This document shows positions 13,711-25,398 of a DNA stretch of 62,596 nt, one piece after another. Each line of letters opens with the position of its first letter. Within the stretch, counting starts at the first letter, position 1. Position numbers and translations under genes: made by a program. The stretch is from contig ADNK01002681.1 of assembly GCA_000320545.1 (NCBI GenBank), positions 1 to 62,596 on the forward strand, in the 5' to 3' direction. Under the pieces are notes generated by a model. That model saw only the letters and a list, made by a program, of their open reading frames with translations. It did no database searches and had not been told where the DNA came from. Source of the stretch: Bigelowiella natans CCMP2755. Taxonomy: Eukaryota > Protista > Cercozoa.

Positions 13711-16002
13711 TGCAATACGATAAGAGGCGTGGGATGTAGGAAGCATAGTTATTTATGGGGGGGGAGGGAGAGGAGGAGAGGGCTGACCTGCATTTGCTCT
13801 GCTTCATAGTCCGGCTTGAGAGTCAGGTATGGGTTCTCCCAATCGGCCCAAATACCGTATCTTCAAAGGTAAGAAGAGTTAGTTGTTATGCTGATGATGA
13901 TGATGATAATGTCTTACGTGTTGTTGTATTATCGTATGATCAATATGGATTTTGTGGTAATTCGTGCGTAGAATCTTGGCTCCCGTGTCGTCGTCATCAT
14001 CATGGTAACAGTGAAAGTCACCACCATCATCATCATCATCACCACCATCACTATATATTGTGGAAGATCTGCAGCAAGCATACATAACAAGTACCACACC
14101 TTTTGAAGCTTTCTCTCTGTTTTCCGACAGTTTCAACCGCAAAATCCTAGGTGCGAATCAACGTATGAACAACGACAACACAAACAAAGAGAAGGAAAGC
14201 GTAAAGTGAAGTTGGAGCTGCATGCACAATCCACAGCCCATACAGACACAAACACAGACGTACACACACTCACACACACACACACACACACACATACACA
14301 CACACATTGATATTCCCGCACCTATCTTCACACATCCCTGCATTCATTTTCTTAACCTCAAAAGCCATCATCATCATCATCATCATCATTATCATCATTA
14401 TCATCGATGCTTGCAACAACTGCCTCCTCCTCTCATCGAAACTATATCATAATACCTTGGCCTTTCTCCGGATATCCAACGGCGTGAGGCCTTGTCTCTC
14501 CTTTGACTTCATGCTTTGCAGCACCTACAACCAACAAATTGTCAGCATCATAGTTCTATCTACCACACTCTCCACAGCATCACGGTGCTCACTACCACCA
14601 CAGCTACCACCATCATCATCATCATCATCATCATCATCGTCGTCGTTGTAATCTCAAATTCCAAACTTGACACTGTGCATAAGGACACCACCTTGAGCTC
14701 AATAGGAAGGCCATGGCAGTCCCATCCGGGAACATAGTTCACCTGCAATCCAACAACACCATTTCTACTCAATCGAAGAGAGAGAGAGAGAGCTGCTGAG
14801 AGTAGCAGCAGCAACAACAGATAACCGGGCATGTTGGGGGCATGCAATCACTTCAAGCACAGGACTATAATAGTAGGTATTCTCTCAATACATGTCTCGC
14901 CGCACCTTATCTCCTTTCAGGATTCGATATCGGTTGATCACGTCCTTCAAGATCTTGTTCAACGCGTGGCCTGCGATTGGGGAGGTGGTGTGATTAGTGA
15001 TTACAATAGTCACGATAACGATGCAGAGCACGCTAATAATTAACTTCAATATTAAAAAACCAAATGATGATGGGGCTTCTTCTCAGGCGACCGTGATCTA
15101 GGTGATAGATGTTCACAAAAAACAGCACAAAACACGCTGAGGTATTGTACCAATATGCAGGTCACCATTCGCGTATGGAGGTCCATCGTGTAGAGTGAAG
15201 CTGACAACGAGAAAGGAAGGGAAGAAAGTTAGCTTGATCGTGGCAAAAAATGCTATAATGAAGTCAATGAGAGCGAAATAGCAAAAACAATATTCGCGAT
15301 TTTCCCTTGTTATGCGCATGCCACAATACTACATTGGTCCTGGATTTTCGGCTGCCAGCTTCTCGTATATCTTCATGTCGTTCCACCTATATGGGAGAAA
15401 TAAATGTGGTTGAACGATGCCTTGCCTGGCTGAAAGTAGTGAGGGAAACGGCGAGAGAGGGTGTGATCTAATTGGCCATCGAATTAGTGCAACAGAGCAG
15501 CGCTTACATCTGCTGAATTTCGGGTTCTCGCTTCGGTGCATTTGCCCTTTGCTGAAAGTCAGTTTGGGGCAGATTGACCGTTCCTGAGCAAACGATGTGA
15601 CATTTTGAGCGATGTGAGCGATGGTATTGATGAGCGACGTCGTCAGAAAGCCATCGGTATTCCTTGAGTTGAGTGTGGTGCATTGTGTGAGATTTTACCT
15701 CCATACTTAGACTCTTCGGCCTTTCCCTTCCTTGCTTCCATGGCTATACGATGGTCGAGGTTTCTGTACTGTCTTTGCATCCTTTGCTTTAATGTTACTC
15801 TACCAGCTCTTCCTACCCCCCCCATTGTTCGAGTCGCCACTCCTCCTCTTGCCCATGCGGTAGCGCCTAACCTTCCACTTACAACTTCTACACTATTTAT
15901 CGTACTCCATACAGCGAACATTCCTGCGGATACGAGGAGCAGCGCCGCCAGCACCGCCGGCCGACGCGGCCTGGGGTGGGAAAGGGGGCCTGTGGCTGCC
16001 AT
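9563..16002 (-). CDS. ileS: Isoleucyl-tRNA synthetase, bacterial/organellar type (IleRS1), about 17 exons, N-terminal signal+transit-like leader
   Basis: Spliced reading: [26 protein letters not shown]|HALNKILKD (HIGH), [23 protein letters not shown]|[22 protein letters not shown]|[40 protein letters not shown], and a C-terminal Zn finger RCERCW...CQRC. ATG at 16002, stop at 9563. Confidence 0.97.
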
Positions 16003-16443
16003 CCTCGCTTATGTCAATAGCCAATTTTATACCTGCGACAAGAACATACGCCCTTTTCGGCTCCAAAATCGCGGTTAATCTTCACCCGGTCCCGGTACTT
16101 TTTTAGAAATTGAATCCCAGATATTCCTACGATGAATCTGCCAGTGTGTTTGAGCGATTGGTTTTTCCGGTTTCTGGCACCTTGTTTTTCCCCTTGGACA
16201 CCCTCTCATCGAAGAAATTACCACATTTATCTGTCCTGATAGGGAGTAAGAAAAGCTGCGGAGGGCTGGGAATCGAAAACTCGCGACGGCAAGAAACTCA
16301 CTTTGCGTACTATATAAGAGACATGGTAATTGGGTTGTCGCAGTCTAAAAACACACGGCACACAGTTTTTAGCTAAAGTACGGCATCTGGCACTTACGAC
16401 TGAACATACTTTACCCCCGTACCCCCCTCACCTTCCGTGTGAC

Positions 16444-17282
16444 ATGGGGCTTCATTATGAGCAGGAGGCGGACTCTGCCAGCCCACTTGTTATTACCAAT
16501 AGACATAGCATAACCACGCATCCCATTCGAAGACCACAGCAAGGAGATTCGATAAAGAATAAGCGCTTTGCTGTCAGATTATTGAGCGCTGTGTTGTGCG
16601 TGGCAGTGCTAGCGAGTCTGCCCGGAAGAACATGGACCTCATCTCTAGGTTCGGAGACTGTTGCCGGAGAAACAATGAAATACGGTGTGTCTGCTGCGTG
16701 CATTTCCCAAAACGACCGAGTCGTTTCGCATCATATATCGTTTCTGAATGAATGATACAACTACTCGGAAAGCCAACATGAAAACGCGAGAGATGTTCGA
16801 ATTGGGAAACCGCCTTTAGTGTATTGCTAATTGTTGCAGCATCTGAGTTTAACCCTTCCACCCATCGTTAATGCGTCTCGGTATTTCCGCCTCCTCGGCC
16901 AATTCCTCTCCCGAACACTTCTGATTTTGTGCATACCCTTCCCCCTCCTTTGTGCATTTGTGGGTCGTGCTGGTGACTTGGTGCTGGACAGCGGCGATTG
17001 GAGCTGCTTCCGTAACTGCGTACAGATCGGTTCGAGAGGTTCTCCTGCGATGAGGAAAAATTTAGAATGAATGATATCAATGCCAAACAACGCCGATGTG
17101 GTGCTTTTGTTGCTATGTATAGCGTCAGGCCGACTTGATAAAAACAATTCTGTCGAGAAACCTGCGATAAAAAACACTTTAACTGTGCCGATGCTATTCT
17201 ATCCCAATTGTTCATTGGTTTTGTTGGATATGTACACTAATTTGTCCATTGGGGATTTTGGTTTTGTCTCTCTCCCTCTCGA

Positions 17283-17315
<33 letters not shown>

Positions 17316-17437
17316 TTCTCTATCTATCTCTGCATTCGTTTGTGTGAGCAGCCAGCCGCACGCCTAGCAAAAGGTGTTGTGGGCGGAGCCAAGGTGGGAG
17401 CAGAAGTACTACTCTGAAATCATCGTTTATGCGCATA

Positions 17438-17471
<34 letters not shown>

Positions 17472-17488
17472 TATAGAAAGAGTGTGTT

Positions 17489-17529
<41 letters not shown>

Positions 17530-18167
17530 ATATTTCTGAAGCAGAAGTGTTACTCTGAAATCATAGTTCATCCATATTGTGTATGCGCACACACACAAAC
17601 ACACACACACACACACGCACATACACAATGTTTGCAGTATTCCAAAAACACATCAAAATGAAGCGCATCATATCATCATCGGGCGTTGTATGTTGTTTCG
17701 TTCTTGCCCCCCCCCCCCCCCTCCCCTCCCCAATCTAGAGTGTTATGGCTAAACTGAAAAAAAACGGATCTTCGACCAAAATCGAAGATGCAAGCGAAAA
17801 GAGCAAAGATGCAGAGGCAGGTTAGCAGAGACTCCGATGAGCGTACAAGAGATCGATTCATGCCTTTCTGAGCTGCCTGAAGCGCGCTTTTTTGGCGTTT
17901 TTACGCGGAAGTGCGTGACGAATATGCTGCTTCGTAAAATGAGCGCCGTTATGCTGATGCTGTCGCTTTACCATGTTATGGTGTTTCCCTCCTGATATAT
18001 GTGCATCTATGACTTTCAACCATCTGAAACAACGATGACAATAGCAGATGCGGAGTCCGCTGCCGACAAATGGCGAGTGATACAGTACAAGGGCTCTCCT
18101 CTCTCCTGGGACCGTAATAATCATATTCTACACCAAGATATTTCGAAACAAATTGAAGACGCGAATC

Positions 18168-18199
<32 letters not shown>

Positions 18200-18423
18200 G
18201 GTTTTGATGGTGATAATAGTGATGAGAAGTGCAGATCGATGGTGTGATATAGATTATGGGCGATTGTATTATTGTTTCCTGCACATTTTTTATCATTATC
18301 AATGTTGAATAATACGAGTTTCTTGGTTTGCTGCAGCCCGTGAAGATCTTTGGCCCCCCCCTGCCCGGTTCCGACCGGGGGATACTTGCTGGTAATCATC
18401 GTCATCATCACCATCACCATCAC

Positions 18424-18458
<35 letters not shown>

Positions 18459-18800
18459 CCCCAGCAGCAGCAGCAGCAGCAGCAGCGTGCCACCCTTACA
18501 ACCTTATAATATCATCGTCCAAATTGATTTTTCCCCCTGTGAGAGCGGATGGCTCGTTGCGTTGTGTTGTTGTGTATATGATATAAGTCCTTCTTGCTGG
18601 AGCTCATGAGAGTGAGTTGATTGATGTCCTCTGAATACTGTTACTCTTCTTGCTGTTACTGTTATTGCTGCTGTTATTGTTGTTGTTGTTGTTGTTGTTT
18701 GCATACTGATCGGTTTGTAAGGTACCCTAAGGAGAACGTCACCGCATATGTAAGAGCAACTGTGTACATTGTGTGTGTATACGTGTGCGAGCACATGTAC

Positions 18801-18842
<42 letters not shown>

Positions 18843-19201
18843 CATATAATATCCCGTATTAAGTGATGCTTCATCATCATGCATAGATATCACCACATAG
18901 CTTCGAGCAACGAAGGACAAATGCTTTTCATAATTCCCTCCGACGCATCCTCTTTCTCATGCTAGTTTTTACTTCTATTTGTCATGCTTGGGACCTTGCA
19001 GGTATCCAGAGCAATGCCGCCTCCAACAAAAGATAGCGAATGGCTATACGAGGTGCGTTCTTCCTTTCTAATGAAAATTGTGAAAATGACGATGATAATG
19101 ATGATGATGATGATGATGAGGACATTTACACCATATCTGACCCCGATCGCTAAAAACGAGAGCAGGACGTTCACGTCTATCTTTTCTGTGTATTTTTACA
19201 T

Positions 19202-19241
<40 letters not shown>

Positions 19242-19294
19242 ATTTCATCGTTTTATCCACCCCCACCATCACCACCACCGTCACCACCATTTCC

Positions 19295-19333
<39 letters not shown>

Positions 19334-19399
19334 AGGTCCAAATCGGAGAGGACAGAACAAAGCAAACCATCGAATCGTATCTTGATATTCACACCCCGG

Positions 19400-19433
<34 letters not shown>

Positions 19434-19496
19434 AAGTTGTTATGTATTGCTGCTGCTGCTGCTGCTGTTCCTGAGCACGTGTCAATATATAGTATA

Positions 19497-19536
<40 letters not shown>

Positions 19537-19866
19537 CCTCAATCGCTGCGTATTATGCATATGCTTTATATACCATCGTGTCTCTTCCTAAACAGGCATC
19601 ATCAAACGGGGTCATCAGCTGTGCGGAGAGGCTCAAGTGTCGTGGGATATGGGGAAAGGAGAGGAAACAGGACCTATCGCTAGGCTTCTACGGTACGCGT
19701 CCTTACTTGCCTCCCCGCCACCCCCTCTTTTGTCTGTCCGAACAGCAATATTAGATTATTTGGAAAACTCGCTCAGAGAAGGGGCGAGGGCTTGCTTGTT
19801 GGGCTGCTTTTCGCGTTGTCAAAAAATAATCTTGATATGTTTTTATTGAAGTATATAAATATGTTC

Positions 19867-19898
<32 letters not shown>

Positions 19899-21380
19899 TT
19901 TATAGTTATATTATGTATTTACGTGTTAGGAAAACAAACGTCGTGATGTTCTCCGTCCCCAATTTCGGTGCGTGGTAGCACGTCGACATGGCGATGTTTG
20001 AGGGGTGGGGATAAGGGTAGTCATTGATGGAGATGTTGATGGAAATTAATGAGGATGTGCCGTTCAAACAAAGTTACTAGTTCTTTGGGCGTTGTTCTCC
20101 TCAATATTCGGTTTTGCGTAGAATAACAACAGCTGCGCCATGTAGTATATATTCTGTGCGTGTGTTAACCTTTGGAACGATGCGCATAGGGAGCGATGAC
20201 GACGAGCACGGAAACACCACGCGCAAGCAACTCAAGACGTTCGCCGAGACTACCTTTCCGTTGAAAGTCAAGGTATTGCTAGCGTGGGGGTTATTTGAGA
20301 CGGGGGCGGTACCAGCCATGTCTTTATCGTTACTCCTTCGCTCGGTCTGGGATTCATTTTCCCTCTGGCTTGGCGCGTGTTTGTGTTTGTGTGTGTGGGG
20401 GGGGGGGGGGGGGTTACCTGGGTTTGCCGTTATCCGCCATTACATCCCTCTTTCTGACAATGGAAGATCTGCTGCTGCTGCTCGTGTTCTATCCAGGGCG
20501 TTGATATGGTAGCTGTTGTGGGATTGGGGAAGATGAAGGAGCTCAAGGTAGAGTGCCTGGTACCCATCAGAAGCAACAACGATTGCATCCATGCTCGATA
20601 CGTAGATTTTTACTCTAGCATTTGAACATGCCCCACCCCCCTTTCTCCTCCTGCAAACTCCTCTACCCATCTCTACTCAGGACTGGATGAAGCGAAATGG
20701 GATAAGCGACAAGGTCGTAGTGCCGATTGCGGACGAGAAGGGTGAGCTGCATCGAGACTTGGGTAATGAAACACACGATATATTACCGATTCAAATCATA
20801 TTTTTCGAGGATGTTTCAAGGGATGTTAATGCGAATTCCTCTGCTGTTCTTTCTTAAAGGGTTGGGGCTTGAGCGCGACGAAGCGAAATGCCCTCAAAAA
20901 TCGGTCTGGTGGGCTTTATATCTCATGGACCATAGAGTGCGCGTCGTTCTCACCGAGGTGATATAAGCGGCATGCATATGAAGAGGCGAAGTGTTGAAGA
21001 CAACATATGAGAGAAACGTCATAGTATTTGTATTTGTTGCCTTTTTGATGCTGCTTTGATATCACTTACTCACACTCTCTCAAAACTAGCATTCTTTGGA
21101 TGAATGCAGACTATAATGGTATATGAATCATGTTTAGGCTGCGGAGCGGAAAAAGCACTTCACGGATGTTAACGTAAGTAGTAATGTTGAAACCTCTAAT
21201 ATCTGCGTAGGCGCATGTTGTTTAACTCCGAACGCGTACTCTTTTTATCGCAATTTTTCAGTTATCTCGTTTCATTAGCTGCAAGTTCTTACTATCTGTC
21301 CCGTTTGATTATCAACCTTACAGGCTAAGCAGATGATAAGAATCGTTCACTTCTGTCAAGATCAATTTCGCAACGACTGA
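16444..21380 (+). CDS. Multi-exon protein with N-terminal hydrophobic anchor and C-terminal redoxin (peroxiredoxin-5/PrxII-like) domain lacking the peroxidatic Cys
   Basis: N-terminus MGLHYEQE...RFAVRLLSAVLCVAVLASLPG. C-terminal exons (19595-21380) splice in frame to IIKRGHQLCGEAQVSWDMGKGEETGPIARLLRKTNVVMFSVPNFGSDDDEHGNTTRKQLKTFAETTFPLKVKGVDMVAVVGLGKMKELKDWMKRNGISDKVVVPIADEKGELHRDLGLGLERDEAKCPQKSVWWALYLMDHRVRVVLTE...AKQMIRIVHFCQDQFRND*. This parallels the Prx5 consensus (KKVVLFAVP...LKAKGVD...LADGNGEF.KALGL). Middle exons are less certain. Confidence 0.65.
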
Positions 21381-21539
21381 GATTTGTTCTGCGCTGAAAC
21401 ATGCAATTAGTGCATAAAAGGCGCACATGTGAGTGAATTTGTGCTACAAAGTCTTAGTCCTACTATAATGCATCGCCCATACACGCTCTACCAACGATGT
21501 GCCAAGCAACAGCAGTGCCGTGCCTTGCCAGCATAGCAC

Positions 21540-22380
21540 AAGGATGCATTGCCAGCATGATCGCATGCGGCGAGGGTGTGGATTCGCTTCATCTGTGTCA
21601 ACAAATCGCAATGCAATGAAACATGCAAACGCGATGAAAACTGACCAAATGAGACCGACATGTAGCACACACATCTGGGCGTGTGCAGGCGTTGAGGCGG
21701 TGGCCAGCTAGCAGTCAGCCAGGTCCGTGAATCCAGCTAGCCAGACTAGCAGAGGCTGTCTAGCTGTGGTGGAATGATCGCGCGGCATTGCGCACACTGT
21801 TCGCAAACCTGCGCTCGTGCCAAGACCGATCGACGCAGAACTAGAGAAGTGCGAAAGCCCAGGCGATGACGGGCCGGGTGCCAGGGTTCGCCGTGCCCGC
21901 GTGACGGTGACCAATCGCAGCTAGCACAGGTCACGCTAGCACGTTATGAAGACGTCCATCCAATGGACACAATGAACCCTTTGACACACATGCTGGCATG
22001 TCTGCTGACTTCCTGAGTGCAATCATGAGTGAGAAGGTCACGAGGTCAGTGCCAAGATTCGGAAGGATGCGCGTGGATTTTCCAATGATCAATTGACGTT
22101 TTTTGAACGAATGGATGGATCAAAAAAAGTGATTGAGACGGCGATGAGGCAAGGAAGAGTTGAACATGCACTTCGAGCAGGAAGTTCCTGAAGGCCACAT
22201 CCAAGCGACGATCCACGGTGAGAACTTCCGAGAAAACGCCATTGAAGCCATTGAGAACCACACGACAAAAGATACCGCAGGCGATGACCGAAAACATTTC
22301 ATACAAATTGTTCGACTCTTGAGACATGCCCCTGAACAATCCTGGCGGAAATAAAATCGGACAAAATTGGTTTACATTCA
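21540..22380. pseudogene. TpA-depleted block containing a decayed coding fragment (22160-22354, +)
   Basis: TA occurs almost only as CTAG in 21540-22260. The fragment NMHFEQEVPEGHIQATIHGENFRENAIEAIENHTTKDTAGDDRKHFIQIVRLLRHAPEQSWRK has 6 His and 0 Tyr. Confidence 0.5.
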
Positions 22381-22559
22381 TCGGAAGAACATCCTGAAAT
22401 AATTGTCATAAATGGCCAATGCTGCCAGTTGCTATCTGAGTAGGTGCAGATAGCAGGAGGGTGCGCGAGGCCATGGAAGAAAGAATTCTCTGCAGCTAGG
22501 AGCAGATAAGCTCCTGGCAGGTCTAGAGAAAGGCGTCACGGGTTTTCTTCAAAGGAACA

Positions 22560-24851
22560 ATGGGGACCAGCGATATCCTCCTCCCCCTTTGCTGGGTATT
22601 CATCATTTTATCCTCTACTGGCCTCGCTGGGAGCCGTAGATACCGCTGGAACTACTTCGCCTTAACAGAGTCGTCCTTCGTAGTGAAGCGTGGAGTACCG
22701 CACTCAATGGCATGCCGAGAATCATCTCGATGCCATTACCTTCTCGCGCTGCGGGGGGGACGAGACGCTTTAGGAAGAAGAGAAAGCACAGAGAAGGTCG
22801 TGCGCCGCTCCCTCGTGGAGGACACTTATGCCAGACGAAGGTCGCCTTTAAACCAGGCGTGCCGCAACGGAAGCTTGCAGGAGGTTATGGATGCTGTGGC
22901 TACGTGCAGCTCTGCAAGCTTCAAGTCACTAGAGCAGTTGCTTAAGGACCGAGACCACCTCCAAAGAACGCCTCTTCACATTGCCGCATGGGCCGGCCGC
23001 GCCGACATCGCAAGGTTTCTTATCGAAACGGCGAGGCAAGCCGACCGAAATCATACTACAAAGGCTGAAGATCCGACAGCAGGTTTTGGCGTCCCAGCTA
23101 ACGGGTCTTCCGTCCTTAGCGAGCGGCGCTTGCGTTCTTCCTTACTCGAATCACTCATCACCGCTCCCGCAATCGACTCCACGACGCCCTTACACTTTGC
23201 CGCACGCGCAGGGCATTTGGAAATAGCAGAGATACTGATTGACGCCAGTAGTCGCAGTCGCAGCTATGTGTTCGATAGGACACGGCACGGGCTGACCCCT
23301 CTCCACCTCGCCGCTCGGAATGGAGATCATCCGCTGGCAAAGCTGCTTCTGAGGCAAGGCGGGCCCCGCCTTCACAGAGTAAAAGACAATAAAGGGCAAA
23401 CAGCTCGGCAACACTGCGAAAGGAGTTTCTCGAAGCGCCTATTGCAAGACGAGGGCAGCGGCTTTCCAGAGACTCAAAAGGCCACCTTCACTTCTCTCAT
23501 CAAGCACCTGACTGAGTTGGAGGATCGCTACCACCGCAAAGTCACGGAACAGGCCGTGCACTTCGAGAAGAAACGCATTGCCAAGCTCCAGGAAGCGGCG
23601 GCGGCGGAGCAAAAGGACCGTCGTGGTTCCAACGATACATTGAACGATCAGGAGGACTGTTCAGCGAAGAGGCCTGCTCTGCATGAAGGCTCTATCGAGC
23701 TTGAGAGCGACACGATGACCGATCAAGGCAAGGATGCTGGCAAGGATGCTGCCGGTGGCGGCGGTGCTGGCGCTACTACTAACTCTAGAGAAGGCGGGCA
23801 TGAGAGGGAAAGTGCAACTGTCATAGCCGCTGCCCCGCTCTCTATCAGTGAGATCATGGGTCGCGCGCGAAGGGTGCGACCGGGAATCGACCCGTCCCCA
23901 GAGGAGCGCAAGAAACAAGTTAACAAGATAATAGCTGAGGCTTTGGATCAGATCGACGAAATCGAGGCCATGCCTACAGGCCAAGAAGACGGCGAGGACC
24001 CTGCCGAGGTCATGCACACCTGCATGCAGAAGGGAGTCCTCAAGCTGCAGCAGCTGCAAACGATCTTCCTCCACACGCCCAACAACCAGAAGCTGCTCCG
24101 CCGGATAAAGGACACGCAGGAGAGCATCGATCGCTTTGAGAAGGCGTCCAAGGCCGCCGAGAAGCTCAACGTCACGACTAGGTTCCAACTCGAGACGGAG
24201 GAGTGCGCCAAGTACATCGCGGCCTTGGAAGATGAAAGCGAGGCTCTAAAGATCGACCAGCAGCATAATCCAACTGAGCATGGGGAAAGGCGCCTGGGTG
24301 TACTCGAGGAAGCTATTCCTATTCAGCAAAGACGACTCCGGTTGCTAAAGGAGAGACTGGAAGAGGCGAGCGGTAAGTCCCTGATGGAGAGCCTTACGGC
24401 CAAGTATGAGAGGAAGGAGGCGGAGGAGGCAGAGAGAAGGGGGGGAGACGTGCATATCGGTGGAACAAGTGATAGGCCGCCATTGTTTGGAGATTCTGCT
24501 CAAGGAAATAGTGAGGAAAGGGAGGGATCAGATGAAGAATATGGAGGTGCAAACGACCCTATTGCTGAGGCACTTCGTGCTGTCTCAAAAAAGATGGATG
24601 ATAAGAGGTTGAACGAGTTGGCTGTGAAGAAGGAGTCTGGCGACGAGGAGACGGAGATCAAACATGCAAAGGCAGAACTAGAACATCTGAAGATGGAGTA
24701 TGGAAGCTACCAACGAATTGTCGAGTCTAAGGCGGCACACGGCATGGGAGGAGAAGCATTTGCGGAGAGAATCGGGGCACAGATGAAGATGGCGGAGATA
24801 GAGCACAAGATCTCATTGGCGCAAGGAAAACTGAAGAAGCTGACAGCATGA
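22560..24851 (+). CDS. Intronless 763-aa ankyrin-repeat protein with N-terminal signal peptide and C-terminal coiled coils
   Basis: Single long ORF. Ankyrin motifs RTPLHIAAWAGRADIARFLI, TTPLHFAARAGHLEIAEILI, GLTPLHLAARNGDHPLAKLLL and DNKGQTA. Hydrophobic N-terminus; E/K/R-rich helical C-terminal half. Confidence 0.92.
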   Translation: MGTSDILLPLCWVFIILSSTGLAGSRRYRWNYFALTESSFVVKRGVPHSMACRESSRCHYLLALRGGRDALGRRESTEKVVRRSLVEDTYARRRSPLNQACRNGSLQEVMDAVATCSSASFKSLEQLLKDRDHLQRTPLHIAAWAGRADIARFLIETARQADRNHTTKAEDPTAGFGVPANGSSVLSERRLRSSLLESLITAPAIDSTTPLHFAARAGHLEIAEILIDASSRSRSYVFDRTRHGLTPLHLAARNGDHPLAKLLLRQGGPRLHRVKDNKGQTARQHCERSFSKRLLQDEGSGFPETQKATFTSLIKHLTELEDRYHRKVTEQAVHFEKKRIAKLQEAAAAEQKDRRGSNDTLNDQEDCSAKRPALHEGSIELESDTMTDQGKDAGKDAAGGGGAGATTNSREGGHERESATVIAAAPLSISEIMGRARRVRPGIDPSPEERKKQVNKIIAEALDQIDEIEAMPTGQEDGEDPAEVMHTCMQKGVLKLQQLQTIFLHTPNNQKLLRRIKDTQESIDRFEKASKAAEKLNVTTRFQLETEECAKYIAALEDESEALKIDQQHNPTEHGERRLGVLEEAIPIQQRRLRLLKERLEEASGKSLMESLTAKYERKEAEEAERRGGDVHIGGTSDRPPLFGDSAQGNSEEREGSDEEYGGANDPIAEALRAVSKKMDDKRLNELAVKKESGDEETEIKHAKAELEHLKMEYGSYQRIVESKAAHGMGGEAFAERIGAQMKMAEIEHKISLAQGKLKKLTA

Positions 24852-25398
24852 GGAATGCGATATGGTACCATAGTATGGCTGACTTGCTTCTGGCAATTTG
24901 TATGCAATTTTAAGCTAAAAAATAAGACATTCTGCATTATTCGAATTATAAAGTCGTTCTGCCTTTGCTCTGCCTCGAGTCGAATCTAGCGAATTTTAAG
25001 GGCCCCACGCATGATGTGGCATGTACCAATGTAAAGGCGTACCAACATATATACCCTTGTCGTGCGTGCACTTCAGATCGCAAAAAAACAGACTGCCTAC
25101 TAATCTAGAAGCAACACGCTGTAGCAAGCCATGGCGATGCGTGGCTACCTCGATGCTCGCACATCTTCTCCTATGCACATGATAGCTAAGTCAAGTAAAT
25201 GTAACTTTGACGCAGCTTTGCAAAACTACATTAAGATGACAATTGGAAATTTTAACATGCTCATTACATCCCTCTCACATGTGTTAGAGCGTAGCATGTG
25301 CGATGAACGTGCAGCACAGGCATTCATTACAAATAAGAATGTGTATCCGCTATTGTGCAGATGCGAAATATACAATGTTGATGTGAAAACACAAATAT

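Noticed and set aside
9563-16002. Non-standard genetic code or non-canonical splicing
   Set aside because: Conserved ileS exons join in frame using GT-AG introns and the standard code.
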